Shown piece after piece: positions 46,887 through 57,700 of a DNA stretch of 64,000 bases. The position numbers and the translations under genes are program-made. Every line of letters begins with the position of its first letter. Within the stretch, counting starts at the first letter, position 1. A model generated the notes under the pieces. The model worked only from the letters and a program-made list of their open reading frames with translations. It was not told the DNA's origin and did not search any database. Origin of the DNA: Podarcis bocagei (Eukaryota); NCBI GenBank assembly GCA_964188305.1, contig OZ076894.1. The stretch is one strand, 5' to 3'.

Positions 46887-49800
46887 ATGGACCCGCCGGT
46901 CAAGGCCGGGCCGCTCCTGCTCCAGCAGCCGTCGGGGCTGCGCATCGGCGCCAAGGTAAGGGCGTCCTGCCGCGGCCGGGGCTCCTCGGCGGGGGTTGCT
47001 CCCAGCGCCTCACGCCCGCCCGCCCGCCGGCGCTTCCGGGATGGGGCGCTGCCGGCAGCGCGGTCTCTGCGCGGGCGGCCGAGGGGCGACTCTCCTGGAC
47101 CCGGCGCGGCCCGGAAGCGCGGCCCCTTCGGGATGGGGGCCCCGTGGGCTGCCCCGGCCCCCTCCCTGCCCGAGGCCCATCCGGGACCCGCTCCTGGGCT
47201 GCTTGGGGCACCTCCCGTGCTCTCCCTTCTTCTGACGCCCCGTCGAAGCCAGAGGAGCCGCGCGCGAAGGAAGCGGGGGCGGCGGCAGCAGCGTTCATTC
47301 CTGCCGCTCGGGCGCCTTGTCTCGCCCTCCGGGGCCGCCCGTCCAGCTTTCAACTCTGGGTCCGGTCCCGGCGACGGGCTCTGCTCTCTTCTCAGGGCTT
47401 CCCGGCCCTTTCCACACACGCGCGCCAGACGAGCGCATCCCCCCCCCCAGCGCCCCGGGGTGCTAATAGGGGTACCTGGTTTGGCCCAGACGGGGCGGGG
47501 CGTCGTGGACGCTGCCGGGAGCAGAACTGGACCAGGCCGGATTGACCGCTCTTCGCCCAGGCCAGCCTCCTTCAGGGAGGGAAGACAGGAGGGTCTTTCC
47601 ACCACTTCTCCCCCCAAGTGGAGCACAGGAACCACAACACCTCACTGAGGGAGGGGAAGCCCCGTGTAGGGACTTTCTTAATCTTTGATGCTTTACTCTA
47701 TGGCTTTTTTATATTTTGATGGAAGCCGCCCAAAGCGGGTAGGGCAGCCCAGCTAGCTGGGCAGGATATAAAGAAATAAAAGCATTAATATGATTAAGAA
47801 GTGGCCTGCTTCCTCCTACATGACTGGAGCCCCTCCCCAGAGAAAGAAGCGAAAGCCTCTTAAGCCCCCATTGGGGCGCAAGGGGATCGGCTCCTGCAGG
47901 GGGAGCCAGGGGGGCCTCCAGGGACTGGTTGGACTGCACTTCCCATCAGCCCCTGCTCAGCAGGGATGGGGGCTCCATGTTGGCCACGGGGGGGGGGGTG
48001 CGTGTGCATTGGGTTCTCCTCGAACCTGTTGGGCCTCTCATATGCCAGCTGAAGGCAGCGAGGGGAGGGCAGACCCTTCCCTGGTTATGTGCAAATTCCC
48101 TGCTTGCAGAAAGGTGTGTCCCTGCGGCTCCTCTGGCCCCATTTCCCCTCTGCCTCTCGTTGCAGCGATGGAAGAAGAGCTGGTTTGTGCTCTACCCGGC
48201 CAGCCCGCATGGCGTGGCGCGCCTGGAGTTCTTCGACGGCAAGGAGGGTCCTGTGCCGGCGGAGCGCGTGGGCACCAGGCGCCTGGACAAGAAGATTGTG
48301 CGCCTGGCGGACTGCGTGAGCGTGGCCCCCGCCCCAGAGGGCAGCCCCAAGGAGGGCCTTTCCGCCTTCCGCCTGGAGACCAGCGAGCGCAGCTACCTCT
48401 TTGCCGCTGAGCCCCACGAGGCGGCCGACTGGATGGCCAGGCTCTGCGAGGCAGCCTTTCTGGTGAGCCCTCCCTGGGGTGGCGGATGGGGGGGGGGGTC
48501 TCAGCGCCTTGCAGGGAGAGGCCCTTGCCTGAAACCCTGCTCAGCTGCTGCTGCCAGCTAGTGTAGACAATACTGTGCTGGCTCTGCATAAGGCAGCTCC
48601 CGATGTTCCAGGGACGGTGGAGGGCTGGTCAGCCTTGGCTGGTGGGAAGAGCCCCCCACTTCACTCCTTGGCCCCCCCCGGCCGTGCTCAGGGGCGGCAG
48701 GGGTGCTGTGCATGCCGGGGGTGCCCTGGACGCCCCCTGCAGCAGAGGAGCTGCCATTCCTGGGAAGGGCTGGGGGTGTCTGCTGATGGTCTTCTCTCCC
48801 GGCAGAGCAATCCTGGCAGAGCAGCACAGCCTGCAGCCGACTGCGCTGGGGGGCGATCCCTGGAGATGGCCATGAACGCCATTTATTACTCCCGAGAGGA
48901 AGGTAGGAGGCGCTCCGGAGCAGAGCTGGCTCCACCCTGTCCCCGTCCCCCCCCCCCGTAGTTTGGGTGGTGGGGCAGAGGGAGTGCCATAGGAAGTCAC
49001 GGCTGCTGCAGGACAGAATTGCATGCTGGGAGTCCCCCGCTTTGGAAAATGCAGCTTGGCTGCCAGGGCTGCGGATTCTGGGGTGACGGCTGCTGGGCGG
49101 GTGCCTGCCCCCCCCCGGAGGGTCCCTGGGGTCTCCTGCTCTGACTCTCTCCCTTGGCCACAGTCAGCGAGTTCTGGGTGACGGTGCAGAAGACGGAGGC
49201 TGCTGAGCGCTGCAAGCTGCAGGGGGTCTACGTGCTCAAGGCGTCCGGCGAGGGCCTCATCCTTGGGGACCCCCACTCCAACCAGCCCCTCTTCACCTGG
49301 CCCTACCGCCTGCTCCGCAGATATGGCCGGGACAAGGTGGGTCCAGGAGGAGGGGTGCATGTGGGGGGGGGGGAGGCTGCATTACTGGGGGCCGGACCAT
49401 GGGGGCAGGATCATGGAAGCCCAAGGAGTGATTTAGTTGAGATTCCTGCTTTGCGGGGGGGGGGGACTAGATGCCCCTCAGGGGCCCTTTCAATTCTGCA
49501 ACTCTGTGAACAGGAGGAGCTGCTCTTGCTGCCTGTCTGCCAAAGAGCTGCCCTGGGAGAGCTGGTGATGGGGGCTGGGCTCCCTCAGTGGTTGAGGAGG
49601 TGCCCAGCTGGCACTGGGTGGGGCAGTGGGGAGAAGCCCCCGGCCTTCTGTGCTGCCCAAGGGCTTTACAGCCAGCTCAGAAGCTCTCTTGCTGGCCCTG
49701 TGGGGTTCCTGGCTGGCGGGGCTTGTGCTCAGAGTGGGCAGAGCAGGGGCAGGGGAGGTTCCTGTGCCCCTCAAAGGGTCCTCTTGGCCCCCGGCGCTCC

Positions 49801-50882
49801 TTTGCGGCCCCTGACTGTGCCCGCTCTCTGCCCCGCAGGTGATGTTCTCCTTTGAAGCCGGCCGGCGCTGTGAGTCTGGGCCAGGCAACTTCACCTTTGA
49901 GACCAAGCAGGGCAACGAGATCTTCCACGTGGTGGAGGCGGCCATTCAGGCGCAGAAGGCACAGGTGGTTGAGCATCGCCACAGCACCTGCTCCCTGGAC
50001 GCCGAGGTGGGCCAGCTCCCGGGCGCCCTGGCCGGCTCGCTCAGCCTGGAGGGGGAGAGCCTGGCGCCCGCTCTGGCCCCCGAGAGGCCCGGCCTGCGCC
50101 CGGCCCTGGCCAAGCTCAGCGCTGCCACTGCTGCGGAGGAAGAGGAGGCGGTGGCCCCCGCCAAGGGGCTGGGCCTGCGGGACCCTCTGGCCAAGTGGCC
50201 CAGCACTCCCCCCCGTTCCCCACTCCCTGAGGTGCCAGGACACGCACTGCCCCCCGAGGACGCGGGCAACGTCTACTCCGAGCCTCTGGACGCGCTCAGG
50301 GCCCCTCACCCCCGGCCGGACGCCCTCTATGCGGAACCCGTGGACAGCCGGCGCGAGGGGGGCAAGGAGCGTTGCCCTCCCCAGAGCAAACGGCTGTATG
50401 AGGAGGTGGGGCCTGGTGGCGGCCAGGACAAGCACATCTACGACGAGCCGGAGGGGCGGGCCCAGTGGCCGACCCCCACCCCCACGGCCATCTACGACGA
50501 GGCCCGCCTCCCCTGCGAGGCCTGGCGGACGCAGGGCATGGAGAGCCCGGCTGGCTACGAGCTGCCCTGCGTGCTGGGCATGGGGGAATATTCAGTGCCG
50601 GCCTTCCCCCCGAAGCAAGGCCTCTCCAAGCCCCCCAAGCCGTGCCCTGCCCCCAAGCCCCCCCGCACCCACAAGAAGCCCCCCCAGCCTGGAGCCCCCA
50701 GGCCGGCCCCCGGCAACAGCAACAACAACAACAGTGGCCGCGGGGGAGAGGAGCCCCTCTACAGCAAGGTGGTGAAGCCGCCCCTGGCCAGCCCCGGTCG
50801 CTCAGGGGGGGGCAGTCGGGAGGAGCAGTCGGTGGACGAGAGCCGGCCGGCCTCCGTCTACGAAGACCTGGGTGAGATCTGA
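46887..50882 (+). CDS. DOK1: Docking protein 1 (PH + PTB + pTyr tail), 5 exons, ~559 aa
   Basis: Exons 46887-46955, 48166-48462, 48806-48902, 49164-49336 and 49839-50882. [48 protein letters not shown], YxxP repeats (YSEP, YAEP, YDEP, YELP, YSVP) and YSKV. ATTAAA at 50979-50984. Confidence 0.93.
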
Positions 50883-51781
50883 TGGCTCCCAGGGAAGTGG
50901 GGGGGGGGGCAGGGGACCCCCTTGGGTCCTTGCAGGATCCGTCTTGGGCGATATTTTTCTACAGATGTCTATTTTCATATTAAAGCATTTTGTTTCAATG
51001 GAGCTGAATGCATGGTGGGGCGGCTGAGTGCCCCAGGGGGCAAGGGGGGGGCTGAGCAAAGCAGGTTTTTGGAGCTGCTTTGGGAGGCTGCAGTTTGGAT
51101 CAGGCCAGGAGAGGGGAAGCGGAGCCCTGCCTTCTGCTCCTGCCAACCGTCAGGGGGGTGGGTCCCCCCCCATCTCCCCCTGGTCCTAAGGGCTCCTCCA
51201 ATGTGGGGTGTCCTGCTTCAGAGCATTGGACTGTCTTTTTTCTGGGTGGGGGGAGAGACGCCCCTTTCCCAGCCCCTGAACTGCCTGAGAGTGATGAGCC
51301 CCCCCCGCTTCCTTCCACTAGTCCCAGGCAGAACTCCCCCCAAAAGATGCAGCCTGGGGGTGCCAAGGCGGAAGAGGCCCAGGGAGCGGCTGCAGCCCCC
51401 GCCTCCTGCGCTGCTTCCTCCTCTGTGGCTTCCCAGCAGCTTCCCTCTTCTGTCTTCCCCACAGCTGGGGGGGGGGAGTGCCCTGCTCTTGCGGGGGGGG
51501 GGGGGACAGAAGGACACAGCTCAAGGTTTGGTGCAACAAAGACAAAAGTTTATTGAAGGGGGTCTCCAGAAACTGGGGAGGGGGCTTCCAGCCACGCTCG
51601 TCCCCAGACAGAGATCCAGGCATTGCTGCAGAGGCTCCAATTTTGCCACACGAAGGGGAGGGACAACTCCAGCCCCCCCCCAGGTGCTCAACAGGGTGCT
51701 TGTCTGGGTTGGGCTCCTCTTTTTGTGGGAGCTCTGGCTCAGCAGGGCCTCCATGGGGCGAAGGGAGTGGCCCCTGCGGTG

Positions 51782-54700
51782 TCACATGGCGTCCAGGAAC
51801 TCTTCTTCGTCTCCGGAGAACAGGGAGAAGGCGGGTGGGCGGGGGGCAGCGGGTGCCATGCGCAGGGGGGCCACCATGGCCCTGGCCTTGCCCAGGTGGG
51901 GGCGGGTGCCCTGCTGTGGGCAGAAGGAGGAGGTGGAAGAGGCAGTGTGACCCCCAGGCGAGGGCTGGTCCCCCTTTCCACTCCCGGGGGGCACCGGTTC
52001 CCTTTGCATCTCAAGCGGTCTGGCACAAGTGGGGTGGACCTCCGCCCCCCAACAGCCACTGGGGTGGCCCTTTGCAGCCCTGTCCATGGGGTGAGGGTGC
52101 CTGCCATACCTACCTGACGGGGCAGGTGCCGCTCTGCCTTGCGCTCGGGCCGGGAGGGGGGTGGGCGCCCCAGGCTGCTCCTCAGGGCTTGGTACAGGGG
52201 GGCCCCCCCACCCAGGGGACTGTAGGCCGGCTCCAGCTCCAGGCCGTCCAGGAGGTTCTGCCGGGAAGGAGCCAGCGGGAAAAGGTGGTTTCATCATGGA
52301 ATCAGAGGCAGCATCCCAGGCCGCTGGCGCCCAGCCAGGCCCCTCCTGCCCCCCACCCGCCAAAGCCCCTCCCAGCAAGGATGAGGTGCAAGCCCTGCCC
52401 CTCCACACCCCCAGGGCAGGAGGGTTGAAGGCAGGCAAAGCCTGAGGGTGGGACCTCTCCCGGGACCCCCCCCTCGTGTTTTCTCTCTGGTGGGCCAGTG
52501 CCGGCGTCCTGGGTTGTGGGTGGGGTGTGCTGCCTGGCTACTTGCCTCCATCTGGCTGAGCGTGGCCTGGGGAGGCTCGGCTGGCAGGAGAGGGAAGCTG
52601 CAGGGCAGGAGGAGCTCCCGGCCCACCAGGGAGCAGAGCAGCAGCGAGGCGGCCCCTTCGGAGGGCAGGAGGACCTGGAGGGGGCTCGGGCAGTGGGGAC
52701 CCCAGCCGGGACCGGGGGCCACTGGTGGGCTCTCATATTTGGCCAGCAGCAGCCAGTTTCGCTTCTGAAAGAGGAAATTACAGTCTCAGGCACCCCCCTC
52801 CCGGGGGGGGGGGAGGGATGTGTGGGTCTCCTTCCTCTTTCCCAGGGACCCTGTGCCAGGGAGAAGGGGGGTGCCCTCTCCTGAAGGCAGGCACCGTCAC
52901 ATGGCGGGGGTCACTATGGCTTAGCCCTGCAGGCGTGGAACCTCCCCCCCCCATAACTCAGCGCCTTGCGACTCTGCACCCTCCACCCCAACTCACCCAC
53001 AGACAGTGGCAGAGGGCCCGGAAGAGTTGCTGGTTGGCCTCCAGTTCATCCCAGTTCATCCGCCAGCAGCTTGTGGGCCGGATGACCAGAGGCAGCCCAT
53101 AGAGCAGCGAGGTGCACAGGCCTTTGGCCTCCAGGGCCCTGCAAGAGACGGGGGGCGGGGCCTTGGTCGGGGGGGGGGGCAGAGCCTGCCTCCAGCTCCC
53201 AGGCAGCACCCAGGGCCCCCCAGGACTGGGAGTGATCTAGGGGCAAGTGGCTCCCCAGTGGAGGAAGGTTGCCGCATGTGCAGCTTTTTAGTTTGCAGAA
53301 AAGGCAAGTTTTAGACAGCATCAAAGTGTATAAAGCAATGCTTGGCATGGAGAGAGTGGATGGAGGAAAGATTTCCTCTCTGAAAACCATGGAGTTGGTG
53401 GACATGGCAGAAAGCTGAACGTTGGAAGACTCTGGACAGATAAAAGGAACTTCTTCCTGCAGAGCAGAGTTGACCAGTGGAACTCCCTCCCTCAGGAGGC
53501 AGGGATGGCCACCAGCTTGGAAGGCTAACCAAGAGGATGAGCCTAGTCCTGGGCCCCAGGGCTCTGGTCTGCCTCCGGGGCCCCAGGCAGCCGTGCCTCT
53601 GATTCCCAGGGGCTGGAAGCCCTTGGAGCCCTTGGGGGCATCAGGATTCTGGGCTGGAGAAGCCACTGTCTGGACCCTGCAGGCTCAGCAGAAGAACTGG
53701 AAGGGAGAGGGGTTCTCAGAGGGACCATTTCTGCAAAGCAGCCTGCATTTCCTGGCAGGATGTCCTGCGCCAAAGGGGAACCTGCAGCAGCCTGGCTGTC
53801 AGCAACTGCGAGAACAGCCAAGAAGGGGAAGCTGGTCTTGCCGTCTGTGTGCCTGTCAGCTGCCTGCCTGCCTGGCAGCTCCCTGCGGGGGGGGGGGGGG
53901 GCGCCAACCAGCCTCTGCCCTGCCATGGCACTTTTGCAAGCAGTGCACTCCCTCCCACCCCGCAATGCACAGCTTGCCACCAACTGGGGTTACATCAGCA
54001 GACAAAAAACCAGGCCACTTGACAGGCCTGTGACTTGCCCAGTGTGGCTCCAGGTCTTCTATGACACCCACTCCTCTGCCCCCTTTGTCCACCTGCCCAT
54101 GCCCCTGGGGGGGGGGGAAGGAGAGCTCTTAAGGTGCTCCTGCATATGGCAAGGGGAGCGAGGGGGGGGGGCTTCCTGGCCTGCCAGAGCCTCGCAATCT
54201 GTGGCTGCACCTCCTGACACACTTTGTCCACGTTGGTGGGGGCACTTGGCCCCCTCCCCCCATGCAGATGGGAAGTGGGGAGCAGGGAAGAGGCTGCATT
54301 TAAAAAGGCAAAACAGGAAGTGGGTGGGTGGGTGAGTTGGGGTCTCCTTCCTTCAGTCAGGAACAGCCTTGCTGGGCTTCCTCCAAGCAGCCATTTGTTT
54401 GTTGCTATTTTTCAGGCTTTGTGTTGCGTCTTCTGCCTCAGGCTCTCCCAAGGGAGGAGGATCCCCCCCCCCAGGCTGTCTGCAATTGTGGAAGCCAGTG
54501 GGGGCTGCTGCTTGTCCTCCTCAAGCGCCCCTGAGCCAGGCAAGCCAGAGCAGGTTCAGGGGAAGGGAGCAGCCGGCCCAGAACAGGAAGCGCAGGGGGG
54601 GGGGGGGGAAGGACAGCGGCAGAGAAGCACACTGGCTCCAGCACAGCAGCTGCCCTGCCCCCCCCCCCCACCTGAGGGGCCCTTTGGCCAAAAGGTCCTG

Positions 54701-57700
54701 TAGCCCAGAGAGTGAGTGGCCAAAGCCAGATTTCCTGAGTTTTAACAAGAGCCCCTTTTGGGGTTAAGAGTGCACCTAAGCATGGACAGAGTGCTTCTCG
54801 CTGCAGTCACACCTCTTGAACATGGGACAGGGCTCCCAGGGCAGCTGACGTGGCCACAACACAATTTTCCCATTGGAATCTGGGAACTGGGGAAGGGCTG
54901 AGGGGCACGGCAGGCTGGCCCTCTTCTCAAAGGGGCCCTTGGGGGCGCTCCCAGTGTCTCTCCCCCCCCCCCGCCCCGCTCAGATGGCTCCTGGGCAGGT
55001 ACCTGAGGATGTGGAGCTTGCGTGGCGCCAGGCCTGGGCCAGCTGCCATCCAGAAGGGGCCACTGGCATCCTCCCGTTGCGCGGTTGGGCCATCTCCGCA
55101 GGCGGAAGTAAGCAGAGCGGGGTTGAGGAGCCTCTCCTGGGCATCGCATTTCACGCACACTGCAAGGGCAGAAGGCAGCAGGTCTAAGGGGGCGCAGGGC
55201 ATGCTCTGCCAAGCCATGGCAGCTGGGGACCCCTCCAGCTGCCAAGGACCCAGAGCCACTGCCAGCCAGAGCGGGCAGGACTGCCTGCCCAGGATGAATC
55301 TCAGGGCAGAGGGCGAGGGCTGTGCCAAGGACTGGAGAGGTCAGGTTTGTGTCTTTGGGCCGATGTCCAGGGCAGAAGACCCTTGGAGAGGCTGCCCTGG
55401 CCTGGTACAGCTCCAGGCGGGGGACGGGGCAGGGGGCAGCTCAGCCTGGGGCCTTGGGCACAGCCACCGCCAGGCCCCGTCCAAATTCAAGGCACCACTC
55501 TTGGCATTTAATGCCCCCAAGGACTCTCCCCTCACAGACTACAGCACCAACACTCTGGAACTCAGTGCCGATGGGAACGATGCTAGCACTTTTGCTGCAG
55601 CACTTTGGAGACCTAATTATTATTATCATTTGCTTCAGTAAGCTTACCCATGTATGTAAATTTGATATTGTCAGAGCTGCTTGAAGATCCTAGCTCACAG
55701 AGGATCACGCTAGCCAGCGATCATTAAGTAAAAGTCTTTATTGAATTACAGTTTCCATTCTCACGCTGCTGCGCGCAAACTCTACGTCTAGTAGCTAGAT
55801 CGGCGAAGCTCCGTCTGAGTCTCCGCCCCGTGTGCACCAACTTAATATCCTAGCCTTGCTCCACCTTTTCCGCCTGACTGTCCTCCTCTGGGTCCCTCTA
55901 CCCCCCGGGGCTTCTTCCTTCCGGGATTCTTCTGACGCTGACCCGGACCCTCCTGCCTCCTTGCGCCGGGCTTTAGGACCTGGTTCCCTTTCGGGGCTGC
56001 TTACTGCGCCGCCTTCCTCTGCATTTGAACTTGGCGCGCGCGCCCAACCTTCCACTTTCCTCTTAACCGTTTCTTCGCTCCCCGATGGAGGCGTGGCCAC
56101 TCCTGACTCCTGCCCTCCCTCCTGTGGTGAGCTGCCAGCGCTTCCCCCCTGGCTCCCTTTCTCTTCCCTGCTTCCTGGCGGTGACGCTGGTCCCGATTTC
56201 CAGCTGCTCCCCCCTGAGTCCCCTCTGGCTCTATCTTCCTGGGGTGCCCCCCTAGACTCCCCCCTTGCCCTGGCCACTGGTGCTCCTTTCTGTGAATCCT
56301 CTGATTCACTGGAAAGACTGGGAGATCTCGGGTCGTCGTCATCACTCATCTTTTCTTCTGCCTCCTCCCCTTCGCTCTCTGTCTCCTCCCTTGCCCGTGC
56401 CTCTGCTCCTAAACCCCTGACATCCATCCCCCCCTCGAAGCCCCCCAGTCCCCCCTCCCCTCCTTCCGGTGCTGGAGCTGGGGGCTGCTGTTGCAAAGGG
56501 ACGAACGTCGGATATCGGTCGCTTCCCGTGGCGGGCCTCCATCTGAACTCTTCCGGGTCTTCCTCCCTGCTCTCGTCGACGACGGTCACCTCCGCTTCCA
56601 TCTCTGTGCCGCCGTGCTCGAAACCAGGGTCGTCCCCGAAAATGTCCATGTCCGTCTCTCCCTCACTTCCTCCTGGCGGCGTTGCTCGTCCTGAGCAGTC
56701 CAGCCACTTTCTGCGGAACTGCTCCTCTGGCCTATCGTCCCACCAATACGAGGGTTCTGAGACAGATCCCGAGGGTGACCCCTCCGGGGAACGGACGTCT
56801 CGTGTTGGTTCCTCGTCCGAGTCGAACCCCCGGAACGTGCTGGCCGAAAGCGTGGGCGTGAAAAGCCAGTCGTCGAAAAAGTCTGCTGGCATAGGTCTAT
56901 GTGGGAAGAGGGCATGAAACTCGTCTTTGAGCAGAGGTTCGTCTAAGGCGTATCCCGGCACCCAGCTGTTCGCACTGGCCGGGGTGCCCTCCTTGGCGAG
57001 AAAGTATTCTACCCCCTCTTCCCCCCATCTGGAGTCCAAAATCTCCGTGACTTCGTTGATGCGTTCCTTCTGTGCTGCTCCCGCGTGCCCTGTTCTGTCT
57101 CTGGCCGGACTCGGCGCCGTTCCGGGTTCCTGGAACCTGTGCGGTGCCTTGTAGGGAGTGAGCACCGATCTGTGGAATACCGGATGCATTCTGGAACCCT
57201 CCGGAAGTGCCAGTCTGAAAGCTACCGGGTTGACCTGCTCTTCGACTTGGTAGGGCCCCAGTTGTTTATGCCCTAGTTTCTTCTTGGCCAACGACCTGGC
57301 CGGCACTGCGTGGGCCGCTAACCAAACCCAGTCTCCCACGTGGAGCTCTTCTCCAACCCTTCTGTGCTTGTCTGCTTGTACCTTGTATGCGTGCTTGGCC
57401 AGCTCCAGGTGGCGCCTCAGCTGATCGTGGACTTCCTGCAGCTCCGACGCGAACGCATCTGCTGTCTGCGGCTCCCCCTCCCCCATTCTTTCCAGGCCCG
57501 GGAAGGTTCTGGGGTGCCTCCCGTTGTTGGCGAAGAACGGCGTGACCCCCGTGGATACGTGCTTCGTGTTGTTGTAGGCGAACTCTGCAAGCGGCAGGTA
57601 ATCCACCCACGTCGCAGGCTGTTGATTTGCATAACATCTCAGGTACTGCTGCATGATGGCATTGACCCGCTCCGCTTGCCCGTTGGTCTGCGGGTGTCTC

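Noticed and set aside
46472-47648. 387-aa (-) and 354-aa (+) ORFs
   Set aside because: CpG-island artefacts. Only 46887-46955 (DOK1 exon 1) is coding.
50922-52438. 342-aa and 316-aa + strand ORFs
   Set aside because: They span 3' UTR/intergenic sequence and are antisense to M1AP exons; no coding signature.
55795-56900. Possible env gene
   Set aside because: No signal peptide or TM segment; hydrophilic and in frame with pol.
55832-56917. 361-aa antisense ORF over the LTR and pol tail (also 61625-62269)
   Set aside because: Codon-aligned shadow of the purine-rich sense ORF, with a non-ATG start and no motif.
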